Assembly: GCF_006345805.1 (NCBI RefSeq)
Contig: NC_043009.1
Span: 67,208,001-67,272,000 of the forward strand
Reading direction: 5' to 3'
DNA length: 64,000 bases
From: Octopus sinensis
Taxonomy: Eukaryota
The notes below the pieces were generated by a model. The model worked only from the letters and a program-made list of their open reading frames with translations, made no database searches and had not been told where the DNA came from. Shown in pieces: positions 37,321 to 51,570 of this stretch (its first letter is position 1; every line of letters begins with the position of its first letter). The translations under genes and the position numbers were made by a program.

Positions 37321-37463
37321 CTTGTCTGGGTTTATTAATACCCAAAATAAATATAATCCCATGTATTCACTATATTTTGGGTAAATTGCTTTAAATAGAT
37401 GCTGACAATCTTCATCTGGTCTGAGAATGTTGATTCTCTCTGAATTGTTGCGTTCAGCCTCTC
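37321..37463 (-). CDS. candidate coding exon of an unidentified minus-strand gene: (G)EAERNNSERINILRPDEDCQHLFKAIYPKYSEYMGLYLFWVLINPDK
   Basis: Unique non-repetitive sequence with an open frame, acceptor catcttttgatag and donor AAG|GTCAGG (phase 1 to 0). No family recognised. Confidence 0.35.
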
Positions 37464-37605
37464 CTATCAAAAGATGGTTCAAGTTGAGATGCAGAAAATG
37501 GCACAAATGCTTAAATATAGAACCTAAAATAAAATGTTAATTTTTACATTGTTATTCAAAATTAATTAGTTTTCAAATCAGTAATTATATTTTTGTTAAT
37601 AAGTG

Positions 37606-38030
37606 CAGACGTGGCTGTATGGTTAAGAAGCTTGCTTCTCAACCATGTGGTCTTAGGTTCAGTCCCACTGTGCGGAACCTTGGGCAAATGTCTTCCACTA
37701 TTGACCAAAGCCTTGTGAATGGATTTAACAGAGAGAAACTGAAAGAAATCCATCATATGTCTTTCTGTCTGTATATATGGTGCCATGTTGAAAGCACTCA
37801 TGCTGGTGCCATGTAAGAGTGCCCATGTGGTGCCATGTTGAAAGCACTCATGCTGGTGCCATGTAAGAGTGCCCATGTGGTGCCATGTTAAAAGCTCCCA
37901 TCTCACACTGTAAAGTGGTTGGTGTTAGGAAGGGCATCCAACTGTAGAGACCATGCCAAATCAGACTGGAATCTGGTGCAGCTCTCTGGCTTGCCAGCTC
38001 TGGTCAAACCGTCCAACCAATGCCAGCATG
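37606..38030 (+). mobile_element. tRNA/CORE-type SINE head joined to RTE-derived tail
   Basis: A box gtggctgtatggt, B box ggttcagtccc and ccttgggcaa..tcttc core, then an exact 50-bp tandem (37781 and 37831) and the ggaagggcatcc tail. Confidence 0.65.
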
Positions 38031-38884
38031 CCCAACATGTGGGAAATGCAAGCGCAAGGCGGCCCTTCCTGGCAAAGATGTTCCAACAGAGGTGCCACTT
38101 GCTGGGAATAGGACAGAACTGCAGGGGAATGAAGAAAACCTGTACTACACAAGTTCTGAGCCAATCCCAGCAGACTGCCCGTGTCTGACCTATGGCAGAG
38201 CCTACCATGTGATGTCCTTACTCAGTGTTAACAATGATGGATGAAATATTACTACTACTGCTGCTCTCTCTCTCTCTCATTATATATATATATATATATA
38301 TAAAGTGGAAAGAAACTCAGGGAGAGTGTAACAGCAGGTGGTCCTCAGAGGTGAAACCTTCTTTAGGCAAGTGTTTTGGCCCTTAACTCCTGACACTCTA
38401 GCAGGGATGGGCTACATCCGAGTCATGACCTGGATGTCCACCTGCTGTCTGGATTAGTAAGCCTTAGGTGGAATTGTTTTCTCTGGTTTCTAGCACTGCT
38501 GTGACGTGTGCTGTGGCCCTGAGAAGGGCTAAGTACCCGTTTCCAGCTGGGTACTTATATATATATGTTTGTGTGTGTCCCTGTCTCAACATCATATGAT
38601 TGTTGTAAACAGGCATCCCTATCATACAAGCAAGGACGTTCATTCGCAGTCTGGCCATAGGAAAATAAGCTACCCTGGTACATATCTGTGGCTGACAACT
38701 TGGAATATACATACATTAATTTTTATGTCTTTTATCTTTTATGTGTTTCAGTCATTAGGCTGCGGCCATGCTGGGGCACCACATTCAAGGACTTTAGTTG
38801 AATGAATCGACCCAGTACTTATTTTTAAGCCATGTCCTTATTTTGTTGGTCTCAAAATATGAGTGTGTGAGTATATATATATAT

Positions 38885-39234
38885 ATAAGGATAAGATCGT
38901 TATTTAAAATACTGATCATATCAAGCAGCTAGCATGAGAATAAAAACCTCATAGATAATAATTATTATTAAAATTATAATTAAGGGTATTTAAAAGATAC
39001 CATCATGCTAGAGATAGCAGTCAAAATTTAACTCTAAAATCGCATCAAATATTCCTACAGCACCAGGAAAGATGTCAGAAATCTGGGATCTGGAATTATC
39101 CAATAATTTTTTTGATAGTTTATTTTGTCTCTTTGTATTCTCTCCTGGTGATGTATGAACATTTAATGTAGTTTTAGAGTCAAGTTTTGACTGCTATCTC
39201 TAGCATGATGGTATCTTTTAGATACCCTTAATCA

Positions 39235-39235
<1 letters not shown>
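38885..39235. repeat. inverted pair of a dispersed repeat; single copy at ~44696-44950
   Basis: 61-bp arms 38979-39039 and 39172-39232 differ at 3 positions. A longer homologous plus-strand copy lies at 44.7-44.95 kb. Confidence 0.7.
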
Positions 39236-39280
<45 letters not shown>

Positions 39281-40327
39281 TGGTTGTCTACTCTTACACC
39301 TTAAATCCAACATGGCGTCAGATGCACCCGCATAGATTGCATATCCAATTTGGGCCACCAAGAGCTGCAGTTAAGTTCTGATCTTTGTGGATCTTAAAAT
39401 GTCTTTTGAGCCCTCCGTTAGATTTGCAGACCTTATGGCAAACACGGCATTGAAAGGTGTGCATAGATATATAGGCAAATACAAGGGAATAAAAATTATA
39501 TATTTATATATAAAAAGCACCATCCGAACGTGGCCGATGCCAGCGCCGCCTTGACTGGCTTCTGTGCCGGTGGCACGTTAAAAGCACCAACCAATCGTGG
39601 CCGATGCCAGACCCCCCCCTGGCACTTGTGCAGGTGGCATGTAAAAAGCACCCACTACACTCGCGGAGTGGTTGGCGTTAGGAAGGGCATCCAGCTGTAG
39701 AAACACTGCCAGATCAGACTGGAGCCTGGTACAGCCCCTGGCTTCCCAGACCCCGGTTGAACCGTCCAACCCATGCTAGCGCGGAAAGCGGACGTTAAAC
39801 GATGATGATGATGATGATGATACTGTTTGTTAACTTCTGCCAATTAATAGACATTGCAATATGTACAGACATGGCTGTGTGGATAAAGTGAATTTGCTAC
39901 TTGGAAACTGTGTGGAAACCCATCATATGTATATATTTGTGTGTCTCTGCATTTGCACCCCCCATCTCCATTGCTTGACAACTGGTGCTGGTTTGTTTAC
40001 ATTCCTGTATCGTAGTTTCTCTAGAAGTCTGCTGTTTATTCTATCAGTCTCTTTTTTTCAAAACATTAAATACTGCGGTTGACTAAAGCCCTTCTCAGTA
40101 GTGCTCCTGCATGTCCTCAATCCAACAAGTGAAACAATTAAAAAAATAAAAGGTAATATATATCATTTTATATTTTACTTGTTTCAATCATTGGATTGCA
40201 GCCATGCTGGTGGGGGGGGGGGCACCTTCAAGGATTTTAGCAAATCAACCCCAGTACTTATTTCCCTTTAAGCTTGGTACTTTGTCAGCTTCTTTTGTTG
40301 TATATATATATTGCAGTTCATATTTGA

Positions 40328-40408
40328 AGCTCTGATGATGCTACAGGGGGATACAGAAGCACTCAGCTGTGAGTGCATTGTATCTTATAGCAGAAACAGC
40401 TGTGAGTT
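40328..40408 (+). ncRNA. type I hammerhead motif with extended helix II and non-cleavable G17
   Basis: AGCT-CTGATGA-[TGCTA..GATACAG..GCACTCA gctg TGAGTGC..TTGTATC..TAGCA]-GAAAC-AGCT-GTG-AGTT. Three stacked helix II segments (5+7+7 bp) and the same ACAGCTGT helix III as 36689. Confidence 0.65.
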
Positions 40409-40997
40409 AATGGAGTACATGGCATAATTTTTTTATTCCCTTGTCAATTCAATGTCTTATTACTGTTCTGCACTCGACTGGCACTTTGTCCTGGAACATG
40501 TATATTGTGTTCTAACACCAGATTATTAATATGACTATGTCTTAGCAATACACACACACACTCACACACACACGATTATATTTCCAATGGCAGTGTAACT
40601 ATCACCGACGCTCTCTCACTACGAACATTGATGTTTAAAGACACCAGGAGTTATTTAATATATTTACTTGTATTTATTTATCTTTCTATCTATCTATATA
40701 TCAGTGCAGTGATGGATCACTCTATCTGATTGTGAAAGCCAATATAGTTGGCTGGAAACTCTAGTCCTTTCTTTAATTATCTGTTATCTTGGAGGAAGCA
40801 TTCTTGGAATCACTTAGCTAAAGTTACAGTAGAGATGCTACAAGGTGGAGTTAGAGTTCTTTTTTGGTTTGTAGCTTTTGTTCACTGCCATTATCTTTTT
40901 TTTTATTTGTGTTTTTTTTTCTTCTTTCTTTCTCATGGTTTTGTTCTGTTAAATGCAATGTATTCACTGTCTGATTCTCTGAGTGCTTATATATATT

Positions 40998-41034
<37 letters not shown>

Positions 41035-41495
41035 TGAGCATACACACGCGAGAATGTGATATATAACATACATACACTTGCCTATGGTGCCACACAGTGG
41101 GACTGAACCCCAAACCATGTGGTTGGGAAGCCATGTCTGTACCTTAGCATATTCAAAGCATTGGCCAGGAACTGAACCCAGGTTGTCCACATAGCAGGCG
41201 ATTATTCTACCACTGAGTCTCTCTCTCTCTTTCATATTTATTCCTTTATTGGTAGAATCCATAAAGATAAGTACTTATAGGAACAGCAGCTCTTAGTAGT
41301 TCTATGACCAACAGATATGGTGTCCTAACAATGCAGAGACTTGTTTTACAGTCTGATGATGTTGTAAATGTCCCAGAAGAGAAATTCTCCTAAAAGACAG
41401 ACTGAGTGAAAACACTGAGCTGGGTGTTGAACGATGTCATGTCATCAAACTGTAGGACATATTATACATGTCCTGTCTCAACAATACCTGTTTCT

Positions 41496-41728
41496 TATTT
41501 CTTTATTGCCCACAAGGGGCTAAACATAGAGGGGACAAACAAGGACAGGCAAAGGGATTAAGTCGATTACATCGACCCGAGTGCATAACTGGTACTTATT
41601 TAATTGACCCCGAAGGGATGAAATGCAAAGTCGACCTTGGCAGAACTTGAACTCAAAATGTAACGGCCAACAAAATACCGCTAAGCATTTCGTCTGGCGT
41701 GCTAATGTTTCTGCTAGCTCGCCGCCTT
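41496..41728 (-). mobile_element. SINE family A with 13-bp target-site duplication
   Basis: AATACCTGTTTCT at 41483-41495 and 41743-41755. Confidence 0.85.
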
Positions 41729-44700
41729 TACAATACCCCAATAATACCTGTTTCTGTATTGTTATACCTCAACAGCTGAAGACCTCAAAGCTATCATAGC
41801 TGATGAAAAGTAACAATACAAAAACATGTGTTCTACACTCCAATGATGCCCTTTATAACCCAGCATGGTGTTGGTAAGCAAGATACCTACCACACAGCCA
41901 CTCCTGCGCCTATTTTATCCAGACAAAGTTTTTTTTTTTTTAAATTATTTCAAGCAGTGTTTTTGTTCTTCCTTTTCTAAGTCAGTAGTGTGTAAGTTGT
42001 GGGAGATTTTGTTTCTATTTCCTGGAAAAATGAGATTACATCGAAGATACTTCTATGACATTTGCACAATATATCATAAATATCGTTTTCAAATTTTAGT
42101 ACAAGACTTGCAATTTTGGAGTGGGTGTTTAAGCTGGTTACATCAAACCCCAGTGCTCAACTGGTACTTAGTTTATCGACCCTGAAACGATGAAAGGCAA
42201 AGTCGACCTCAGTGGAATTTGAACTCACAATCTAAAGTTGGACGAAATGCTGCTTAGCATTTTGCCTGGCATGCTAATGATTCTGCCAGTTCCGCTGCCT
42301 TGTAATACATCAGGAATATTGATGTGTGAAATAATGTCACTCATTTGTAGAGAATTTGTTGCAGATGTTTGGATTAATATCCCAATATTAGAGTGTTGCT
42401 TATTTTATTAGCACCACTTCCACCAATTCCACAACAGAAGTAATAAAAGACTAAGTCAGCCCCCCTCCCCCCTGCCTCTAAATACAGCTGCTCTAACATC
42501 AGATGTAGTAACCTCACCTAGCAATACTACTATTCTGTCCAAGTCCACCTTGCCCTTCGCCACTGTGGCCTCTACATCTGTATAGAGCCAACAGGGGAGC
42601 TTATTATATGGTCAGTCAGGTGATCTGTTAGAGATAGCAGCTAAATATCCCTCAGATCGTCTTGTAGTGTTTCCAAGAAGTGAAGAACACATTAGGCAGT
42701 AGCAGTGAACGTGTCTTGTCTCTTCTCGTGATGTGAGATCGAAGATTATGATAACCTTAGTCCGAACTGATTTAAACTACCTTGGTTGGTCCTCTCACTT
42801 CTTATGGGGCTTCTTTCATTTGGGTTTTTTTAGGTCAAGAGAGAAACGAGGCGAGTACATCTGAGAAACAAGTGACTTCAGGGGTTGCCTAGAGTGCCAA
42901 AAGCCTTACTGGAGCCCAGCTCCATTTGTAGGTTGGATGAATGGCCATTGACCCCTTGTTGAGCTCATCTCCTCTTACTGTACAGCTATTGATTTTTGTC
43001 CTGTCATACTGTCCATCTACCTGAATACCTTAGGGTGAGAACAGTGTGGTTTTCTTGATTTAGTCACTGATGGCCTGAGACCATGAGACAGGTAGAGCTA
43101 ATTTACATAACCAGTTGCAGAGCATTATTGATTTGACTTATATAAAGGATACTATGCAGAATGTATCTTTTTTTTTTATAAGATAATACGAATATAGAAT
43201 AATGTCTTTTATATGTCATAGGGGAGTCACAGTGGGAATACATTTGATCACAGGGCTGTTCAATCAGGGTTGAATAACAACAGGTGTACCTGTCCATACT
43301 GTCAAACTCAACTATTTCATAGGATTCACCATTGCATTCTGGAATCTGCAGTAGAGTTCTCAGGTTGGAGAATGTACAAGAGCCAACAGACAGGTGGGTC
43401 ACACCTGCTCATTTGGTTGACTGTTTGCACACCAAAAGATTTTTGCTCCAATAGAACTCACCTGTGGTTATATATCAGCAACATCTTTGATTCTTCAGTT
43501 TGGTAGAATTTAAAAAAGGATTTGAGGTGTTTTTTTACCTTATTTCCAATAAATGCACATATAACCCTAACCCACCCATCAACATATATACCCACGCATC
43601 CTCACACATCCAACCTCTACTCAAAAGGCTGTCTGACTGATCAGCAAAACCCCTTGTCAATCACTAATACACTACAACCATGAGCAAATGGTAAAGCGTC
43701 TGTGTAACTTTTTGACCTTCTAGAAATAGCTGCTAAATCTCTCTGAAATTACACCCTATCATCTGCAAGAACTTTGCAAAGATGCGATATGGTAGGAAAT
43801 AAATGATATTTGAATGACAGGATGGTCGTAGCTGGCATGTCTTTTATTAAAGGTATGCTGTAACAGGTCTGGTCTGGACCTAACAGCCAACCAACCGTGT
43901 CCATGTTCATATGTGTTTGTGTGTCCATATATGTGCGTGCGTCATGATGGTACACACACACACACATACACACATATATATATTAAAAATTACCTGTTAA
44001 AAGGTAGTTTTCTCTTGTTTAAATGTACACTATCTTATAATAAGTATATATATGTATATATATATATAGATATGTATATATATATAGATATGTATATATA
44101 TATATATATATATAAATGGAGGCATGTGGCCAAGTGGTTAGTGTATTTGACTCAAGATCTTATGGTCATGAGTTCAATCCCCAGTGGTTCATTGTGTCCT
44201 TGTACAAGACACTTTATTCCACATTGCTCCAGTCCACTCACCTGGCAAAAACGAGTTGTACCTGTAATTCAAAGGGGCCAGCTTTGTCATACCCTCTTTG
44301 ATGGTGAATCTCTCTGAAAACTACACAAGGAGTACACGTGTCTGTGGTGCACTCAACCACTTGCACATAAATTTTATGATCGGGCTGTTCCGTTGATTGG
44401 ATCAACTGGAACCCTCATCGTCACAACTGATGTAGTTTTCAGTTTATACACACACACACATTCTTTTATTTGTTTTATTCATTTGACTGCGGCCATGCTG
44501 GAGTACCACCTTAAGGGGTTTTAGTCAAACAAATCGACCCCAGGACTTATTCTTTGTAAGCCTAGTACTTATTCTATCGGCCTCTTTTTTACCGAACCAC
44601 TAAGTTATGGGGACATAAACACACCAACATTGGTTGTCAAGCACAAATACATAAATATATGCACATGCATATCTCTCTCTCTCTCTCTCTCTCTCAAATC

Positions 44701-45148
44701 CGGGATCTAGAATTATCTAGTAATTTTTTACTAGTTTCATCTTGTCTCCTTGTTTTCTCTCCGTGTTGATATATGGAAAATTTAGGTGGTTTTAGAGTCA
44801 GATCATGGTTGCTATTTTCAGCATGGTGGTATCTCGTAGATACCCTAATTTATAATTATAATAATTATTACCTTTGAAAGTTATTTTTTTTCCATGCTGA
44901 CCACTTGATAAAATCGTTATTTTATTTTTAAATTAACGATCTTATCCTTATTTATGTGTGTATATATATATATATATATACACACACACGACAGGCCTCT
45001 TTCTGTTTCCATCTGCCAAATCCACACACAAGGCTTTGGCTGGCCCAAGGATATAGTAGAAGACATTTGGCCAAGGTGCCATGCAGTGGGACCGAACTCA
45101 GAACGATGTGGTTGGGAAACAATCCTCTTGCTACACTACTACACAGCC

Positions 45149-45185
<37 letters not shown>

Positions 45186-45970
45186 TATGTACATTTATAG
45201 ATATATATCGTGTGTGTGTGTTAACAATAACTTTGGTAGCTTATATTATCTTATAGTATTCTGTATGTAATAATGAAGTGGATGTTGTGGGAGGAGGTAA
45301 ATGAGAGGGGAGAGGCTCTCAGTGATGGGGGTGGAGGCCTTAGAGAAGGTGGAGAAGGATGAGTAGTAGGATAGATAAGGTTGGAGTGGCGGGAGTGGGC
45401 GGAGGAGGTGGAACAGTGTAATATAAGTGTGGTGATGATGATGATGATGATGATAGAGAAATGAAGGAAGGGGGGCGGGCGAGAGATGAGGAGTGGTAGT
45501 ATGAATGAGACAGTCATGATAGCCTTGGAGGTGGAGGAAGGAGGAGTAGGAGGAGGAGTAGTAACGTGAATATGACAGTGATGATGATGATGATGATGAT
45601 GTTGGAAATGGTGAAAAGAGAAAAAGAAATAGCGTTGATGATATGATGATGATGTTTGGATTGGTAAAGTTGTAATAGTATCAGTATGATGGTGATGGTG
45701 ATGATGGTTTTGGGGGTAGAAAAGAAGTGAAGAAGCAGTATAGTAGTGATGATGATGATGGTGTTGGGAGTGGTGAGAAGGAGTGAGGAAACGGTATAAG
45801 CATCAGTGTAGCTGTGATGATGATGATGACGGTGATTGTGGTGGTGGTGATGATGACGATGATGATTATGATGATGATAATGATGATGATGATGATGATG
45901 GTGTTGGGATAGAGAGAGAGAATGTGGCACAGTTCCAAGTTGTTGAATCTTCTGGAGATGTTGTCCTTTC

Positions 45971-46018
<48 letters not shown>

Positions 46019-46259
46019 TTCTCCCCCCTCCTCCCCCCCCGTTTAATCTCTTGAATAAGGTTAAAGCTGTTGAAAATAACCCAGTCGTGGTAGCAGTGGT
46101 GGTGGGACTGGAGCGGGGGGGGGTGCGGGGCGGTTACTTTGTGTGTGTGTGTGTGTGTGTCTGTATGAATGTGCTTGTGTTTCCTAGTCAAACGTGTTTG
46201 TTTTGTGTGGAGTTTAAGTATGGATGTGTGCGTGTGTGTTCAGTGATGTTGCAGTGAGT

Positions 46260-46297
<38 letters not shown>

Positions 46298-46396
46298 TGT
46301 GTGTGTGTGTGTGTGCAGAGATTGCAGTGAGTATATATATATATATGGGAGGGTGCTGTGTGTGTGTGGTGGGTTCCAATGATGTTGCAGTGAGTT

Positions 46397-46441
<45 letters not shown>

Positions 46442-47263
46442 ATGTATGCAGGTGAGTGTGTATGTATGTGTGTGTGTGTGTTTCAGAGTTTGCGTTGTTT
46501 TTTGTCTGGAGTTTGAGTGTGTTTATTGCATATGGGTTGGTGTAAGTCTCTGTGTGTGTGTGTGTGTATTCTACATTGGAGTCTGAAATTTTGTTGGTAT
46601 ATACAATGCGTATGTATGTGTACATTGGATCGTATATTAACTTCTGTGTGTGTGTGTGTTTGAGTTGGAGGTGTTTGTGATCATTATAGGTGTGTGTGTA
46701 CTTAATATGTATTTGTGCGTGGGTGTATATATATATATTTATATATGTCTATTTATATTCACATGTATATATGTGTAAACATATCTCTTTTATTATTTTA
46801 ATGGTTTCAGTCAGTCACTGTATTGCAGCGACCATGCTGGAGCATAGTTGTCTAGCTTTTATTTGGTCCCAAGTACTTACGTTTTTAACTGTGGAAATTA
46901 TTATATTGAATGCTCTTTGTTGAGCTGCTAAGTTTCAGAACATCAACACACACACACACACATGCAACAGGCTTCTACACAGTTTCCATACCTCATATTT
47001 TACCCACAATGCATTGGTGAATTCAAGGATGGAGTCTCAGGCACTTGTCTAATCTAGGATTGAACCCCAAGCCACAGGGTTGGTTGTGAATTAAATTTTG
47101 TGCTCTTACACCAAAATGGCAACCCAGCCTTTGAGAGTATTGAAAATGGTAAAGCAAAGATTAAGCTGTTGACGTGGAGAGGAATATACACAGTTGACCC
47201 CAGTTTATAACTGGTTGAGTTGGACAACTGCTGATAAGAGTAAATAGTTTCAGCCATTGTCAG

Positions 47264-47700
47264 CATCATCATCGTTTAACGTCCGCTTTCCCTGCTGGCA
47301 TGGTTTGGACGGTTTGACTGAGGACTGGTGAGCCAGGAGGCTGCACCAGGCTCCAGTCTGATCTGGCAAGGTTTCTCCAACTGGATACCCTGCTTAACAC
47401 CAACCACTCCGAGAGTGTAGTGAGTACTTTTTATGTGTCACTGGCACGGGAGCCAGTCAGGGCACTGGCATCGACCATGTTTGGATGGTGCTTTTTATGT
47501 ACCACCAGGATGGGAGCCAATCAGGGGGCACTGGCATCGACTACATTCAGATGGTGCTTTTTATGTGTCACCAGCACAGGAACCAGTCGGGTGGTTCTGG
47601 CACCGACCATGCTCAGATGGTGCTTTTTATGTGCCACCGGTATGGGAGCCAGTCAGGTGGCACTGGCATCAACCATGCTCGAATGCTTCTTTTTAATGCT
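47264..47700 (-). mobile_element. RTE-tail repeat with four ~65-bp tandem units
   Basis: Units start at 47433, 47497, 47563 and 47629. The (CAT)n tail is at 47264. Confidence 0.8.
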
Positions 47701-49738
47701 ACTGGCACTACGAGGAGCATCGGAAAGTTAAATAATTGGCGCCTTGGTAGTGTTTTTGGTTTTTTTGTAAAAACTAAAGGGAAAACTATACAGACAGTTT
47801 TGAATTGACCTCAGTATATTACTGGTTGACATTACATGCTTTTGTTAGAAATGTACTCATATGTACATAAACTGCTTCACTGCCCTGAATGGCTTAAGTC
47901 CAAAGACCAAAGGAGTAAAATAAAGACTGGACATCTGCTTGGGGCTTCAGAATTGTCTTCTTTCTTTTTCAAATGGAAGTTGGAGAGAGAGAAAGAGTGT
48001 GTGTGTGTGTTTATCTATGGATATCATCATCATCATCATCAGCTACATTTTAATGTCCATTTTTCCATGCTTGCATGGATTGGTCAGAGTTTTTCAAGGC
48101 AGATTTCCTACATCCAGATGCCCTTCTTATTGCTTTTCTTTATCTGTTTCCAAGCAAGATGATGTTTCCTGATGGCCAGAGACATTCTCAAAGAATATTG
48201 GAAACGAATGATACACATTGACAATTATGCATTGTCAAGAAAAACCAACAGAATCATACACTCACACACACACACATACACACACACATACATCCATGCA
48301 TGCATTCTTTGAATATCTACTGTTAGCGAAAAGAGTACTCAATACCATATTAGACATTAATGATATCCTATTTTGGTTGAGTCAGCCTCTTGCTTCTCTG
48401 AGTTTCACCTGTTGGCACTTAGAATCTTCAGACAAATAGTGCCTACAGATGAAACTCAGAGTAGCAAGAGGCTGGCTTGATCATGTGTGTGTGTGTGTGC
48501 TTATATGCTTATGCTGGGCTCCTTTCAGTTTCTGTCTACCAAATTCCCTCAGAAGGCTTTGCTCGGCCTGGGGCTATAATAGAAGATACTTGTCAAAGGT
48601 GTTGTGCAATGGGACTGAATCCAGGGCCACACGGTTGGGAAGCAAACTTCTTAACCGCACAACCAAACCAACACATAAAAAAAACATAAAAAAACATAAT
48701 ATAAAAAAAACCTCTTAATTTTATTATTGATTTTTAAACCTTAAAAGGACAATAGAAAGCAGAATCAATAGGACACTCCACAAGGTGCCTCTCATTATTT
48801 CACTACACATTTTTGGTTCCATTCTGCTCCAAGAAATCTCAGCTAAGAGTTGTCCTTTAGAATTTGGAAAATATCATTTTTTCATTTTTTAAAAAAAACA
48901 TTTTTCTCTTCTAGTGTCAAAAAACAAACTTTGCTTTCTGTTTTTATCTCTTAATCTTCCCTTGAGCTCCTGTTTTTCTTCATATTTTTTAACAACATGA
49001 CATTTGAAATGTTATTTCCTGAGTTTATATTTCGCTTTCATAAATTTCCCCTCTTTGTATTTCCTACATCTGCCTGCATTCGTCTTCAACCCTGTCATGC
49101 AAGTCTTCATGAGAGTTCTTCCTACATTCATGTTAACTTCCCAAAGATTTTTGTTATCTTTTCATTTATTCATTCCTCTTTTTCCCCCTCTCCCTTCCCT
49201 ATACATATCATCATCACCATCATTTAATGTCTGTTTTCCATAATGGCTTGGATCGGATGGTTTGAGATGAGGTGGCAAGCTCGAGAACTGCACCAGGCTC
49301 CTGTTGTCTGTTTTGGCATGGTTTCTATGGCTGGATGCCCTTCCGAATGCCTGACACTTTATGTACTGGATACTTTTTATGTGGCACCAGCACAGGGAGT
49401 GTTGGCACGTAAAAAGCACCCACTACACTCGCGGAGTGGTTGGTGTTAGGAAGGGCATCCAGCTGTAGAAACACTGCCAGATCAGACTGGAGCCTGGTGC
49501 AGCCCTGGCTTCCCAGACTCCGGTCGAACCGTCCAACTTGTGCTAGCGCAGAAAACGGACGTTAAATGATGATGATGTTTACACACACACACCTTTCTTT
49601 CAAGACATCTACTGTATTTTTCTTTCCCTTACTCTCTTTCAGTCACTTGTTCAAAATTCTTTCATACAGTTCTTATTCTCTATTTCCTCACCACCACCAC
49701 AAATGACTCATTCTATCTCTACTCTCTTGTTATTGCAG

Positions 49739-49816
49739 GACAAACGCTACCATGTTGCCCAAGAACTCTACAGAAACGAACAGGAATACGTGGAAGCTCT
49801 CAGAACTTTAAAAGAG
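49739..49816 (+). CDS. RhoGEF (Dbl-homology domain) exon: DKRYHVAQELYRNEQEYVEALRTLKE
   Basis: Pyrimidine-rich acceptor ...ctcttgttattgcag, 78-nt phase 0/0 exon and donor GTTGGT. The peptide matches DH conserved region 1 (R.HV..EL...E..YV..LR.L) and resembles ARHGEF17 (RKHVAMTLLDTEQSYVESLRTL, recalled from memory). Orthology is untested, so no symbol is given. Confidence 0.88.
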
Positions 49817-51570
49817 GTTGGTATCTCTCTGTGTTTATTAAGAATACTACCATCATGTCTTAGGGATGTGGCTATAGCTGACATTCTTCTCTGCTCCAAG
49901 TCCAATTCATACTGGGGTCATTTTCACCTTTTCACCCCTCTGGGCTCAATAAATTAATTATCATAAACCAATAAAGAAACCTCTAAGTAGTTGTTCAATT
50001 TGCTAGAAAAGGCAGTTAAATCCAAATCACATTCTTTTTTTTTTAAAAAGAGTGGACACATCAGAGTATTGGATGGTCAGGATGATGGTCAGGACTAGAA
50101 TTTCTTTGATACTAAGTTTGCTTAGTCAAAGATGATAACACCACCAACAACAATTAAGTACCAGTAATATGCTGGAACATGTTTTGAGCTACTGTATCTG
50201 TGAAGTCTGATCAATAAATATAGGGATTGTTGCTATGGTAACTGAGCTAAAGTATGCAGATTGAAGCCCCTTGGCTCAGATTGACCTTCAACTCTGTTGC
50301 ATATGCACTCTAAGTTATAACGTTGATGGTCACTTCCATTGCTTATAGCAGTGCTTGGAAGTAAAGTGTGGTCATCTCACCACAGACGTTCCATCAGTGA
50401 CCATGACAGAGAATGTGTGTGTGTGTGTGTGTGTGGAAACAGACATGACTTGAAGGTTGTTATGGCCAGGAATCTTTCCTAAGATCAAGTCCCACTTGAA
50501 AGAAGCAGGAATTCTAGCTGTTGAGGAAATCCAGGAGAATGCAAACAAGGCAACTGCTCTCTATCCCCAAAACAGAGTTCCAGGAATGCTTCCATCAACA
50601 GAAACAACTCTGGGATAAAGTGTGTGGCTTCAAGAAGGGGACCGTTTCGAAGGGGATTCAATGCCTCATAGGTGTTGTAGTTTTCTTTTTATGGCATCAG
50701 TCCTGGTACTTTTCTGATTAGACCTTTGTATATAACTCCTTTATAAATGTGTAGCTTTGTGGCTATGTGATAATTATTATCATTGTTTAGCCCTGGGTCA
50801 GACTTGACTGACCTGACCTGACTCATGATCAAAGCCTTCCTACCTAGACCATCCAGTATATCCTCTCTGCTTCAAGGCGGTGAGCTGGCAGAAACGTTAG
50901 CATGACAGCGAAATGCTTAGTGGTATTTCGTCTGCCGCTACATTCTGAGTTCAAATTCCGCCGAGGTTGACTTTGCCTTCTATCCTTTTGGGGTCGATTA
51001 AATAAGTACCAGTTACGAACTAGGGTCGATGTAATCGACTTAATCCGTTTGTCTGTCCTTGTTTGTCCCCTCCATGTTTAGCCCCTTGTGGGTAGTAAAG
51101 AAATAAGAAGTTTGTTTCCCAGTTGCTTGCTTTTGAAATCAGTCCCTTAGCACAACACCGTGGGCAAGTGCCTTCTGCTTCTATAGCCCTGGGCTGACCA
51201 AAGCCTTGTGGGTGGATGTAGTAGATGGAAACAGAAGGAAGCCCATTGAAACGTGTGTGTGTGTGTGTGTTTGATTCATCTCATCTGTAGAATGAATTGC
51301 ATACATTATATAAATTAGTGATGAACTTACTAATTGATTCAATGCAAAAAATGTAATTGAAGCCTTCCCCTAAAACAATTACAAGCTTCTAAAATGGCCT
51401 GCAGTGAAAATGCCGGTTCTGTTAACTTGAAGGATGGCATTCGTGACCTAGATGGATCTCATTGACTTCAATATAATTAGATGTACATTTGTTCGCCGTT
51501 TGGGCTGTTAATCTCTCTCTCTCTATCTTATACACACACACATACATACACATATATTAATAGTAATAGT

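Noticed and set aside
37781-37895. Regular direct repeats superficially like a CRISPR array
   Set aside because: The units are contiguous with no unique spacers, lie inside a SINE/LINE tail, and the context is eukaryotic.
41348-41410. CTGATGA-TG...CCCA-GAAG resembling the 36689 hammerhead
   Set aside because: GAAA is broken and there is no helix III or NUH triplet.
42700-42900. Possible RTE C-terminal relic on the minus strand (PKWKKP-like)
   Set aside because: Too degenerate to support a call.
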